Assembly: GCA_964016885.1 (NCBI GenBank)
Contig: OZ024742.1
Location: 258,664,001-258,728,000 of the forward strand
Length of the DNA: 64,000 nucleotides
From: Eledone cirrhosa
Taxonomy: Eukaryota
Direction of reading: 5' to 3'
How positions within the stretch are numbered: the first letter of the stretch is position 1; each line of letters begins with the position of its first letter. Made by a program: the position numbers and the translations under genes. Shown piece after piece: positions 40,254 through 53,293 of the stretch. A model generated the notes under the pieces. It ran no database searches, had not been told where the DNA came from, and saw nothing but the letters and a program-made list of their open reading frames with translations.

Positions 40254-42870
40254 TTAAACCTTATTTAATGTTGGTCTATATTTTTGAATAAACATATTTT
40301 CCTTATTTATTCGCATTTGTTCTGTTGTATTGTTAGCGCAAAGGTAAAATGGGAAGACTTGGAATTTGGGTGTCTTATTACTTGCGCAAATGTCTAGATG
40401 TGCACTTAGTGGTATCTGTCTCGTGGTTGGATCTCGTAATTGTTGGCGATGAACTGTCATTCTGTTTCTGAGTGTGAGTTTAGTTTGTCCTATATAATCT
40501 TCATTGCATCCTTTACATTTAATGGCATAAATTAGATTTTTTGATGAGCAAGTGAAGTGATTTTTTACAGTAAAATTTTGTCCTGATTTAAATGTATACG
40601 TGTTGCCTTCAATGAGGTGAGTGCAGGTTCCACAATTAGAGCGACCACATTTTTTGATACTTGGTTGTGGGTTTGTGGTAGGTAATTTGGCATTGGTGAG
40701 TAATGTTTTCAGTGATTTTGGTTGTCTTTTGCTTTTGATTATTTTGTGTGTTTCAAGGGCTTTTTTCATTCTTGGGTTTTGTTTTAGTAGTGGGATATTA
40801 TTGTGAATAGTGTTGTAAGCTTCCGCATTTCTTGGGTTGTGTGTTGAGATATGTGATAGAATATTGGACGTACCTTGAATTTGTTTCTGTTTCCGTAATT
40901 CATCAATGCCTTGCTTTAGCCCTTTCTATTCCATTATTTATTAGTAATAGTGGGTACTCTCTCTCAAGTAGAATTTCCTTTAATTCTTGAAGTCTTTTAT
41001 TTCGCGTTTCATAATTGGAGACAATTGTGCAAATTCTTCTTGCTAGGTTAAAAGGAATGTTCGCCTTCGTGTGCTTTGGATGGTTGGAGGTGAATAGCAG
41101 ATATTGTTTGGAATCTGTTGGTTTGTATTGTATGTCAGTTTCGATATTTGTGTCTTTTTTTGTGATTAAGATGTCCAGAAATGGGAGTTGATCTTGGCTG
41201 TATTCCATTGTGAATTGGATGTGGTTATTGATGCCGTTTATTAAGTTTTTGAAATCCTTCAGTTGGTCGAGTGTGTAGGACCAAAGAATGAGGCAATCAT
41301 CCAAGTAGCGTTTCCAATTCTCTGATAAATATTTGTGGAAGTTCAATCCGTATTTTGATTTGGACTGTTCATATATCTGGACTTCTAAGTATGCCATGAC
41401 TAAGTTGGCATAAGTTGGAGCGGCTTTTGTGCCCATCGCAGTCCCCGATATTTGCTTGTAAGTATTGCCATCGAAATCAAAAAAGTTGTTCTGTAGGATG
41501 AATTTTAATCCCTCGGTGATGAAGCTTTTTTCTATTCTGTCAGGTATCTCATTGGGATATTTCTCTAGCCAGAATCATATTGCTTCTAGTCCGTATTGGT
41601 GTGGGATCGTTGTGTAGAGATTCACTACATCGAAAGACACAATAATAGTGTCGTTGTTGACATGTTTGGGGAGGTGGTTTAAGAGGTCCAGATCGTCTCT
41701 TACAAGGCTTGGTATGTTTTTAGTATTGGTTTCAGTAGTATGTCTATAAAGTTGCTCAATCTGTGTGTTTCACATTGTGGGCCCGCTACAATTGGTCTTA
41801 ATTTAAGGTCTGTGGAGTATTGTGTGTTCACGCAGGCTGAGGTGGATTGTTTACAGGCATCGTTGATTATTTTACATTTGTGGATCTTCGGAAGTCCGTA
41901 AAGGTTGCTGGTTTTGTATTCAAAATTTGTTAAATAATCGCGTTCCTTTTTAGTTAGGTCTTCCTGCTATCGATAAATCAGTGTGTTTAATTTGGTCATT
42001 ATTTTTTATTGCTGGTAGTTTTTTACTCTTTCATAGTAATTAGTATTTTGTAAGAGAGAGAACATAGAATTTTTATATTTTTCAGCCTCCATAATGACAA
42101 CAGTACTTCCCTTGTCCGCTTCCTTAATTACAATGTCCGTATTGTTTTTTAGTTCATGGATAATCTCCCATTCCCTTCGACTTGTGTTGGGTTTGGGTTT
42201 AGGTTGCGGTAGTTCATGGTATGGGAAGGTAGCTATGTGGTCACAAAATTTGTCCAGAACTCTGTTTCTACCTTTTGTTGGGTTGTAGCTGCTTTTATTC
42301 CGTACAATTGATTCGTCGTTATTCTCCTTGTCAAAGAATTCCTCTGTGAGACGTAATTTTCTACAGAAGTGTGAAATATCGTCATTTATCTCGTTGGGGT
42401 TAGGATATTGTGGTGTTGGTGTGAATTTCAGACCTTTGGAGAGAATTTTTACTTGTTGGGCTGAGAGGTTTGTATTTGAAATGTTAATTATTTTCGGTTT
42501 TTCAAAATCGGTTTGTGCCACCGGGTGTCGTGAGTCCTGTACCCTTGGTCTAAAAAATGATTTTTCTGGAATATTTTTTTATTGGTATTATTATATCTAA
42601 TGGTATTTCACCTGTTGTTGTGTGGTCTTGTATAGAAGTTTCGGACGTATTGAGGTTCGGTTTGTTGATAGTCCGGGTTGTAGATTTGGTTCCTTTGTGT
42701 GGGTTGGGATCTATGGTTTTGGAACAGGCTCTGTGTGGGCAGGGGTCTACGGTTTTGGAATAGGTTTTGTGTGGGTTGTGATCTGCGGATCAGGTCCTGC
42801 CTTGTGTTCGGGGATTTTGGTTTTTGTTAGTAGGGTTATAGTTTTCTCTATGGTTTCTGGGATTATCGTT
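40254..42870 (-). pseudogene. PLE RT plus GIY-YIG polyprotein, frameshifted and 5'-truncated
   Basis: LSKGLKFTPTP, VIKEADKGSTVVIM, GTAMGTKAAPTYANL, WKRYLDD, LPFLD and NLIYAIKC..C...YIGQT. Confidence 0.92.
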
Positions 42871-42871
42871 A

Positions 42872-44154
42872 TAGAAAAAAGCTTCATCACCGAGGGATTA
42901 AAATTCATCCTACAGAACAACTTTTTTGATTTCGATGGCAATACTTACAAGCAAATATCGGGGACTGCGATGGGCACAAAAGCCGCTCCAACTTATGCCA
43001 ACTTAGTCATGGCATACTTAGAAGTCCAGATATATGAACAGTCCAAATCAAAATACGGATTGAACTTCCACAAATATTTATCAGAGAATTGGAAATGCTA
43101 CTTGGATGATTGCCTCATTCTTTGGTCCCACACACTCGACCAACTGAAGGATTTCAAAAACATAATAAACGGCATCAATAATCACATCCAATTCACAATG
43201 GAATACAGCCAAGATCAACTCCCATTTCTGGACATCTTAATCACAAAAAAAGACACAAATATCGAAACTGACATACAATACAAACCAACAGATTCCAAAC
43301 AATATCTGCTATTCACCTCCAACCATCCAAAGCACACGAAGGCGAACATTCCTTTTAACCTAGCAAGAAGAATTTGCACAATTGTCTCCAATTATGAAAC
43401 GCGAAATAAAAGACTTCAAGAATTAAAGGAAATTCTACTTGAGAGAGAGTACCCACTATTACTAATAAATAATGGAATAGAAAGGGCTAAAGCAATAGGC
43501 ATTGATGAATTACGGAAACAGAAACAAATTCAAGGTACATCCAATATTCTATCATATATCTCAACACACAACCCAAGAAATGCGGAAGCTTACAACACTA
43601 TTCACAATAACATCCCACTACTAAAACAAAACCCAAGAATGAAAAAAGCCCTTGAAACACACAAAATAATCAAAAGCAAAAGACAACCAAAATCACTGAA
43701 AACATTACTCACCAATGCCAAATTACCTACCACAAAACCACAACCAAGTATCAAAAAATGTGGTCGCTCTAATTGTGGAACCTGCACTCACTTCCTTGAA
43801 GGCAACACGTATACATTTAAATCAGGACAAAATTTTACTGTAAAAAATCCCTTCACTTGCTCATCAAAAAATCTAATTTATGCCATTAAATGTAAAGGAT
43901 GCAATGAAGATTATATAGGACAAACTAAACTCACACTCAGAAACAGAATGACAGTTCATCGCCAACAATTACGAGATCCAACCACGAGACAGATACCACT
44001 AAGTGCACATCTAGACATTTGCGCAAGTAATACGACACCCAAATTCCAAGTCTTCCCATTTTACCTTTGCGCTAACAATACAACAGAACAAATGCGAATA
44101 AATAAGGAAAATATGTTTATTCAAAAATATAGACCAACATTAAATAAGGTTTAA
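42872..44154 (+). pseudogene. Open but N-terminally truncated PLE RT plus GIY-YIG frame (inverted arm)
   Basis: Uninterrupted from EKSFITEGLKFIL to the stop. The first ~83 codons of the listed 510-aa ORF are antisense of the other arm. Confidence 0.9.
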
Positions 44155-45504
44155 TATACATTATGTCAACACCACAATATGACATACACACACACACATA
44201 ACACCTTCTACTTTAGAAAATAAAAACCCGAACTAAATAAAACCTTAACATACGTTTGCACTGGCAATGCAACAGCAAACACGAAAAAGTCAAGAAAATA
44301 TGTTCATTCAAAAATATTCCTACTAAAGGAATCACTTTCCTACACACACACATATACACACACACACAATATATATATATATATATTCTCTTCATCTTAA
44401 CATGCTAACCATACTCCCAAACACATAACACCCATACACACACATAACAACCCCCACACCTACAACTCCCTCCCCATTTCTACTAATAGAACCACTTTCC
44501 TTCACACATATATATATACACACACACAAAATATATATTCTCTCCATCTTAACATACTCGCACACACACACATAACATCCATACACACACACACACAACT
44601 CCCTCCCCCATCTCTACTAATAGAATCATCTTCCTACTAAAGGAATCACTTTCCTACACACACACATACACACACACACAATATATATATATATATATAT
44701 TCTCTTCATCTTAACATGCTAACCATACTCCCACACACAACACCCATACACACACATAACAACCCCCACACCTACAACTCCCTCCCCATTTCTACTAATA
44801 GAACCACTTTCCTACACACATATATATATACACACACACAAAATAAATATTCTCTCCATCTTAACATACTCGCACACACACACATAACACCCATATACAC
44901 ACACACACAATTCCCTCCGCCATCTCTACCAATAGAATCATCTTCCAATACACACATACACAGACACACACACACATATACACACACACAAGCACACAAA
45001 TAAACACATATCTTCAGTCTCAATAGAAAATCTGAACTCTGACACCTGAACTCTGACAGCTGGCCATATTCACTGAACCAGAACATTTCTCCCAATCCCT
45101 TTTCCCTTGACCACTATCTCTCCATTGTCATAACATTCACTATAAAGACTACAGAATAGTTTTCCAAATAAGGGCGCAAAAATGTAATGAAAACTTGTTC
45201 ACGTGACAGCCAAATTTCATTTATAACCAACCAAAAAAAAGCCTTCGTGAGCCTCCTTTTTTCAAGTAAAAAGAAATTCAAACACTCATATATGAAAAAA
45301 CAACCTGTGACAACCCCCCCCCCCCTCTCTTATTTGAAGAACTATTGTAACGCGAACTGGCGCTAAATTTATTATAATTATTGACAAACCAATCAAATTA
45401 CTTCTCGAAAAACCTGGTTTTCGAGCCACTTTTTCCATATAAAACAAGTAACATTTAGAGACCAACCAGATGTGAGACAAACCACAGACCCTCCATCTCA
45501 ACTC

Positions 45505-45544
45505 TCCTTTTGAAAAGCAGAAGAACTGCGAAACCGGTAAAGGA
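45505..45544 (+). ncRNA. Minimal hammerhead ribozyme, U3:A8 core variant
   Basis: tcctt-TTGAAAA-gcag-aagaa-ctgc-GAAA-ccgg-TA-aagga. Confidence 0.85.
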
Positions 45545-46177
45545 ACCAAATAAATATATATATTTTTAAAAAAAATAAGACTTCAGTTACATTTTCGATT
45601 TCATCTCTTTTTCTTCATATATATATATATATATATATAAGTGTGTAATGTGTGATATTTCGATCCATTAACCTTATTAATGTTTGAACATCTTCAGTCT
45701 ACTAAATTAATTGATTTATTCGCACGTATCCTATTACATATATATACCTACCAGAAATATCCCTCCCAGATTAGTAGCTCGTTTGGGGAGTGGATTAGTG
45801 TGTGGCTTAATCGTGTGCCGAAACCTGAGAGAACAATAATCAAGGTAGTACTTTATGCATGAAAATAAACAGATTGTCTATAAAGGAATGTATACATCCA
45901 ACCACGCCTTCTAACTGTTTTGGCTTGTGTATCAAGCTTTCACAAGTGTATACTTGGATGTGAAACATGTTTTATTGATTTTTATGAAGCAAGCCATAAG
46001 GGTCAATTTCTTGAATCAAGTCACATGTCGAGGCTAGTCTGTTTTTTCGCCCACAGGTAGTAGAAAGTGATGAGGGTAGTCACTGTGAAACGCTGTCGAA
46101 GAGTTATATATAGTTGAAAATGAATGTGTGTGTGCATATATATATAGGGAGATTATAAATATATATGCGTATATATA

Positions 46178-47014
46178 TTCTGCCTAGCCAGAAGAATGTG
46201 TACCATTGTAGAAGATACGAATACCAGGTACAAACGCCTAACAAAACTAAGAGAATGTTTGCTCAAACAAAAATACCCATCTCTACTTAGAAAATGGCAT
46301 ACAGCGGGCTATAAAAATACCTATACAACAACTTAGGACAACCCAAGGAAGAAGAAACCAAGAAATGGTCATACCATTTATAATGACACACAACCCATGT
46401 CACCAGAATATCTTCAACACTGCCAAAGCAAACCTACCGATCATTGCTCAAAGTAATGAATTAAAAGGCTTAATCACAGATCGATCTTTGACTCTTAGTA
46501 AAAGACAGCCAAAAAATTTGAAGCAATTACTAACAAAAGCAAAGTTTGACCTTAACAACAAAGACCAATCATTCACTGTATCTAAATGCAATGATAGTCG
46601 ATGTGGCACATGTCAATCCATACACGCCGGTCAATATATGAACACAAAAACTGGAAAAATATTCCCAAATGCAAATATGAACTGCAAAAGCAGAAATCTA
46701 ATTTACTGCATCAAATGCCCGAATTGTGAAGAACTATATGTCGGTCGAACTGGAAATGCACTATCGGAACGTTCACGGGTACACCGTCAACAAATAAGAG
46801 ACCCAAATGTCCGTCAGATACCCCTAAGCAAGCATCTAGCAACATGTGGTCAGGGAATATTTATAATATTCCCATTCTACAAATTACACAGCCCAAGTGA
46901 AATCAAGAGAAAAATCAAAGAAAAGAATGTTATTGATAAATTCAAACCCAAGCTAAATGAACAATAATAACGCTTAGGGGTATTACTTCTACTACCACTA
47001 TGACTACGACCACT

Positions 47015-47047
<33 letters not shown>

Positions 47048-47555
47048 AATAATATTAAAAGTGATGTTGATGGTGAGGATTAATAGAAAATGCTATTTTC
47101 ATCATTTCTAAAAATAGCAAAACAATTGATGCTTTGGATATGATTATTGGTCGTTAGACATGCTCAACCAGCCGTGACGCTTAAACCAATCAGCTTTAGT
47201 AATTCAGTGAAACTACACACTGATTGGTCGAAATACAGTTTACAGGGCTTAGCATTCTGGAGCCACTTTTCTCTGTATAAAATGTATAAAAGGTAGGAAA
47301 TTTACCCATCATATTACAGTTGAAAATTGCAAACTTGACTGTCACCACATATTATGAACCTGAAGATTGCGAAAGCATGAAAGTACTTGTTCAATTAACA
47401 CTTAGAATTTAATATTCTATCATACTATTTCATTATAATACCATTATATATTTTAAAGGATTGTAAATAAAACGAGTAAATCAGACAAAGTTGGAATTCC
47501 TCTTATTAATATAATCTTCTATACACAATCATACACACCCTTGTATATTTACCTA
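46178..47555 (+). mobile_element. 5'-truncated PLE (GIY-YIG, 3'UTR, pLTR), related to the 38.7-45.6 kb family
   Basis: ORF 46365-46967 has SKRQPKNLKQLLT, NLIYCIKCPNC..LYVG and RVHRQQIRDP. CCAAT and TATA motifs in the pLTR. Confidence 0.9.
47355..47393 (+). ncRNA. Minimal hammerhead ribozyme
   Basis: tgaac-CTGAAGA-ttgc-gaaa-gcat-GAAA-gtac-TT-gttca. Confidence 0.88.
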
Positions 47556-47557
47556 TC

Positions 47558-47589
<32 letters not shown>

Positions 47590-47593
47590 GAGA

Positions 47594-47686
<93 letters not shown>

Positions 47687-47803
47687 CAACGTAATGCAGC
47701 TCACCTGTCTTCGTTGGTGTAGTTGGGGGTGCGAATACGGAGTTAATTATTATAAATAGAATAACACGAGGCTGGACTGGTGTAAATCCTTGAAAGGTTT
47801 ATT

Positions 47804-47861
47804 ATACTATGATCATTCCAATGACCGGGTTCCGTATGAATCCGGTGATATCATCAGGTAT
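47804..47861 (-). ncRNA. Hammerhead motif (GAAA mutated to GGAA in this copy)
   Basis: atac-CTGATGA-tatc-accggattc-atacg-gaacccggt-catt-GGAA-tgatca-TA-gtat. Confidence 0.75.
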
Positions 47862-48091
47862 TCGAAATATAACAAAGGAATATAACAGATAAAATCCATG
47901 GGTCCGAAAATCAAAGACAAAGAGGACGACTGACCAACTAGCTGCTTTCACCTCGGTCAGTGACCCTCAAGTGATGGTTACTCGGTCTACTAATAACCAT
48001 CTGGTGAGGGGTCGAAGGCTTATAATGTACTACCACATCTCCGTTAGAGAATTTTAAAAAAATAAAAAAAGAAGAAAGAAAGAAAGAAGGA

Positions 48092-48123
<32 letters not shown>

Positions 48124-48287
48124 AGAAAAGTCAGCGTAAGAGTCACACTACAGTCAGGCTAGAAATCGCCGCGAAAAATGTTATTCCAAAGAACCTATAT
48201 TTTAACAAAGGCATATATAATAGGTGTCTGTATGGTCTAATGTGTGAACAAAAAATTGGAAGGTTAAACTTTTGTTTAGAATTAGAG

Positions 48288-50835
48288 TTATGTCCTGGGT
48301 ATGACATTAAACTACATCCAGTGGCAAGGCTCCAGTTCGGGAGTTCAGGAGTTGTAGGGAATGTGGAGTAACCCCTTAGTTGTCATAACTCCCAGATCTG
48401 CCCTGGCCCGAAGTAGTAGTACCTGTTAGGGCTCCATTTATGGGTTAAATAACTACCTTATTCGAGTGGCGCCGGTAAGGTATTGTCAACCATTGAAAAG
48501 AAATATGGAGAGTCGATCTAACAGCACTAGGGTCAGAGCCCCTAATTACACTGTCAAGGAGCGGTCTGGTCGTTATGACTCTGCTGGCTTAGAGCCACAG
48601 AGAGGGCTAGTGGATAATGGATCTGCTGTCTCTGAGACAAATATAAAGAATGCAGTTTTGTCCTGCAGAAGAGCCATCAAAATGGACACTTTGAATGTGA
48701 GGACTATTCGGACGCTGGAGAAGAGAGAGGAGTTGGGACATCTGTTCGAGGAGAGTGGTATATAGATACTTGCATTCCAAGAACACAAGATCCTACACGA
48801 TGAGCCCGTGAGGAGTGTGATGATCGGGAAGAGGAGACAGCTCATCACTACATCGGCAGTGAAGAACACAACAAATGCTGCAGTAGGAGGAGTGGGTTTT
48901 GTGTTCAGTGCAAAAACCAATCTATTTGTGAGGGAAATAATGCCTATCTCCCCGCGAGTGTTGAGGGTGACCTTCAATGGAAACCCAAGACTGACAATCA
49001 TCTCAGCCTATAGTCCAACCGAGGGGGGACAGTTATGTGAGTGCGGAAGAATTCCATGAGGTGTGTAGAGCTGTCAACACCACTCAAGCACACAATATCC
49101 TGCTTGTTTTGGGGGACTTCAATGCACATCTGAGTAAGGAGGTCAGTGAAGATGCTTGCTGGTACTTCCATAACAACACCAACCGAAATGGAAGACTACT
49201 TAGAGACACCCTGCTGGAGGCGAACTTGATAGCGACCAACCTAAGGTTTAGGAAGAATCAGGGGAAGATATGGACCTACATCTCAGATATGCACCTGTCC
49301 AAGTCCCAGATTGATTTCATTCTGGTGAGGAAAAAGTGGCGAAATAGTGTTCTGAACACAGAAGCATACAACTATTTCAGTACACTGGGTAGTGACCACC
49401 GACTTGTTATGAGTGAGGTCCGGGTCAGCTTAAGAAAGATCAAGGCTCGACCACGGAGAGCAATCTATGACTGGGGCGGTTACAAGGAATATGATAAGCT
49501 ACAGGAGAGGTTCACAGTGGAAGTGAGAAACAGGTTCAGTGCTCTGTGTGGAGAGTCAGAGGAGAGAGAGATTGGATGGACTGAGGAGAGTGTGACGAGG
49601 AGGTTGGAGCACTTCACCAATGCAGTGGCGGAAGCAAGTGAAACCCTGGTGCCGAGGAAAAAGAACAAAAGGAAGCACGTCAGCTCTGCAAACCCAAAAG
49701 TGTGTGCAGCCAGAGAACACCTGAAAGCTGCCAAGGACCAATTCTATGCTGATCCTACGGATTCTGTGGACCGTCACTGCCTGATGAAGATGTTACAGGC
49801 TTATAGAATCCCCAAGAGGATAGTGGACCTCATATCACTGCTCTACACCAACACCAAAGCCCAAGTCATTACACCTGATGGGATGACAGAGTTCTTTGAG
49901 ATACTGGCTGGAGTGCTCCAGGGAGATACATTGGCTCCCTACCTTTTTATCATCGTAGTGGACTATTGTATGCGTCTTGCACTGGAGAAACACCAGGACT
50001 CTGGCTTTAGTGTAGCACCGGCTCAGAGCAGGAGAGTTAAGGCGAAAAAGGTATCGGATGCTGAATTTGCCGACGACATTGTTTTGGTGACAAATACAGT
50101 GAAGGAGGCAGAGGATTTGATGCGGGAGGTTGATACTGTGTCGATGAGTGTGGGGCTGAGAATGAATGAGACTAAAACAAAATATCTGGTAGAGAATGTT
50201 GAGAAGCCAGAGAGGATCACTAATGTAGGCGGGAAGCCACTAGAATTGGTTGAGGGTTTCCTGTATTTGGGAGCAAAGATTGGGAATATGGAAGATGATG
50301 TGGTTGAGAGGAAGAGCAATGCTTGGGCAGCGTGCCACAGCTTGAAATCGGACCTTCGTAAAGACCTGAAAGTCCGCCTCTTCATTGTTTTAGTGGAGTA
50401 TGCGCTGCTGTACGGGTCTGAGACTTGGACACTGACCAAGAAACTCACTCAGATGGTGGATGGGTGCTACACGAGAATGCTGAGGATGGCTCTGAGTATA
50501 CACTGAGTATACACTGAGTATACACTGAGGATGAAAAACTCAGAGCTGTATGGGAGCCTCCCAAAATTCAGCTCAAAAGTGACACAGAGGAGACTGAGGT
50601 TAGCTGGACATTTTCACCGACATCCATAGTTGACATTGCACTCAGTGCTCCTGTGGGAGCCCCTACATGGACACACTAGAAGATGAAGACCAAGGTTAAC
50701 GTATGTTGATCCCCTAAGGACAGACACTGGTCTGTTGGAGACGCAGGACATGGCAGCGATAATGAGGGACAGAGACCGCTGGAGAGAACTCGTCCATGGA
50801 TCTCGGGAATTTTACCCGCCTTAGATAGATAGATA
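48288..50835 (+). mobile_element. RTE-clade LINE with an internal in-frame deletion
   Basis: TLNVRT, ISAYSPT, VLGDFNA, SQIDFILV and SDH (APE), then DSVDR, GVLQGDTLAPYLF, FADD and LLYGSETW (RT). (TAGA)n 3' tail. Stop at ~48763 and frameshift near 49030. Confidence 0.92.
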
Positions 50836-50899
50836 TGTATATATGTGTGTATGTATATGTATATATGTGTGTATGTATATGTATATATATATATGTATA

Positions 50900-50936
<37 letters not shown>

Positions 50937-51029
50937 GTATATATATATATATTTGTGTATAGTGGTAGCTATGGTGCTTCCGTAAGCGGTATGCCAAAAT
51001 TAGTACTTAGAGTTATAGGATGAAAATAA

Positions 51030-51145
51030 ATTAAAAATTAAAAATTAAAAATTAAAAATTAAAAATTAAAAATTAAAAATTAAAAATTAAAAATTAAAAA
51101 TTAAAAATTAAAAATAAAAAAATAAAAAAAATTATTAAAAATTAA
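51030..51145. repeat. (AAAAATT)n 7-bp tandem repeat
   Basis: Directly visible. Confidence 0.9.
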
Positions 51146-51953
51146 ATGTTTGGGTCGCGAGATTTATTTAATGAAATTACAGAGAGAGTCTTATATGAAA
51201 AAAAGTTTAAGTGTATTATAGGGAATCTCGATAAGTTATCAGGGTGGGATATAGAGTAAAGATTAAAGCCTTCGATTGTAAATCCCAGCCAGCACCCTCT
51301 AACCACATGTCATCCAGTCTCGAGTGGCATCGTGTATCGTCTAGCGAAAGAAGTGGAAATTAATTTTTCCGAGTAATCTAGGAACGTAACTGCCATAGGC
51401 TTCAGATATGCTAGTGGGAAGTCTACCATCTTCGACAGGCCATCGTCTATACCAAACGAATACCAAACGAATACTATTAATTCACACAGGAGGGCTTTAT
51501 TTACGTGCCAGTAGTGGGAGGCATGATACAGCTAACAGTTATACTTAAGCCTAGAGTTTATAGGTATAATATGGTGGTTAAAACAAGCGGCGCGGCGAGC
51601 CCCGGGGCGAAGCGACCCGCTCCGAGTAACTTCGTTTACCGAAAGAGGGGAAATTTATTTTTCCAAGCACTCAAGGAGGGCTGAACTTCCCGAGCGCCCG
51701 GCACACAGCTGGGAAAAGCCACCACATCGGTCGAAAGTGGTAAAACCCAATTTTTTTTTTTTATTCTCTGACGGAGAGGTGGGAGTACATTATAATCCTT
51801 CGCCCCCTCACCAGATGGTCATTAGTAGACCGAGTAACCATCACTTGAGGGCAACTGACCGAGGTGAAAGCAGCTAGTTGGTCAGTCGTCCTCTTTGTCT
51901 TTGATTTTCGGACCCATGGATTTTATCTGTTATATTCCTTTGTTATATTTCGA

Positions 51954-52011
51954 ATACCTGATGATATCACCAGATTCATACTGAACCTGGGCATTGAAAT
52001 GATCATAGTAT
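51954..52011 (+). ncRNA. Type I hammerhead ribozyme motif
   Basis: atac-CTGATGA-[31-nt stem II]-GAAA-tgatca-TA-gtat. Confidence 0.82.
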
Positions 52012-52203
52012 AATAACCCTTTCAAGGATTTACACCAGTCCAGCCTCCTGTTATTCTATTTATTATAATTAACTCCGTATTCGCACCACCAACTACACAA
52101 ACGTAGACGGGTGAGCTGCATTACGTTGAGTACTCTCCATAATATTACATCAAGATTGACCATACGGAATGACCAATTTTATCCAGTAGTGAAGCAACAA
52201 ACC

Positions 52204-52248
<45 letters not shown>

Positions 52249-53109
52249 TATACATACATGCATACATCCATACATATATGATTAGCTGAACATTAAATTT
52301 CAGTCGTGGTGGGTATTTTGAACTCGTGCCTTTCGTATTTCATTTCTAATTTACAATTTCTAACAGCTGTTTTGTTTGGACAGCATCCAGAGATGGCTTG
52401 TATTTTATATATACTAGCAGAAAACCAAACTTCGGGTGGTTTTCTGCTAGTGTGTATATTGATATTATACGCATATATATATGCATGTAGATATGATACG
52501 TCAAATACAATCGTAATTGTCAATATCCACAGAAAGTGAACGAAGTCTGCGTTACAATACCTTATGTAATCAGTAAAGTAATCTATGATACTTTAAAAAA
52601 AGACGATATTATTTATAAACTGCATTAGGAAAAATATTAGTGACGAAAATATATGAATGTTTATTTAAGCGATCGTTAACCGGATGTGTTGAGATTTTGA
52701 AAATGTTGAAGAAGTGAAACTTTAAATAAACAATAAAATATATTTGATCAAGCGTTACGAAATTTAGTGTATAAATTATGTAATATTCATTATTTATTCA
52801 AAGTAATCCAACTTATTTCACAAACGGGATAAAGAAGTATATTCTAGACGCAGTCCCGCACTCCTTTCTGGATTATAGTAAAGATTGTTTAATCATTATA
52901 CCTTAGTTGAATGGCACAATTGGAGACAAACAAGCTATCTGTTTCGAGAACAGAACTTGTTATCTCACCACTATATATGTTCTTTTGTTTCATCGATGTG
53001 AGTTTTAGTTCGTCCAATTGAATATATTTTTGTTCAAATTACCTTCAAAGTGCCTGAGCATTCAAAATACAAATTTACCTTCACGTATATTTTGAAGGAG
53101 ATTTAGCGA

Positions 53110-53293
53110 AACAAGTTATGTGACTACAGCAGACTGGCCCTTTCAACAGGTACATTTAATATATCTACAACTTTTACTCAATGTGTTATTCGACTGGATG
53201 ATATAGGATACTTGAACAAAATGCTAGCCGGATCGAACCTGGTACCTAATAATTGCGAAGCTAAGTACTTAGCCATTCGGCTATACTCCGCCC
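53110..53293 (-). mobile_element. Degenerate tRNA-derived SINE
   Basis: Minus strand has A box TAGCCGAATGG and B box GGTTCGATCC at tRNA-like spacing, followed by a non-tRNA body. Confidence 0.55.

Larger units (their letters stand above)
38733..45617. mobile_element. Young Penelope-like element with a large inverted duplication
   Basis: Minus arm 38733-42870 (N-terminus, RT, GIY-YIG, 3'UTR, pLTR, ~68-nt tail). Plus arm 42872-45617 is a near-identical reverse complement of 38801-41533. (TA)n on both sides. Confidence 0.95.
47678..52207. mobile_element. PLE-type element with ~375-bp inverted pLTRs (47678-48052 and 51763-52137), a ~70-nt tail and a nested RTE
   Basis: The arms align as reverse complements and each contains an HHR. 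The right arm extends as a tail into (TA)n. Confidence 0.82.

Noticed and set aside
42622-42871. Hydrophobic N-terminal extension of the 510-aa ORF, suggesting a membrane-anchored RT
   Set aside because: It is the antisense strand of the other PLE arm read across the inversion junction.
45900-46105. Two HHR-like traces (minus ~45910-45950 and plus 46067-46100)
   Set aside because: The cores are damaged and stem I cannot be formed convincingly.
53210-53293. tRNA gene
   Set aside because: A and B boxes are present, but there is no complete cloverleaf and it continues into a SINE-like body.
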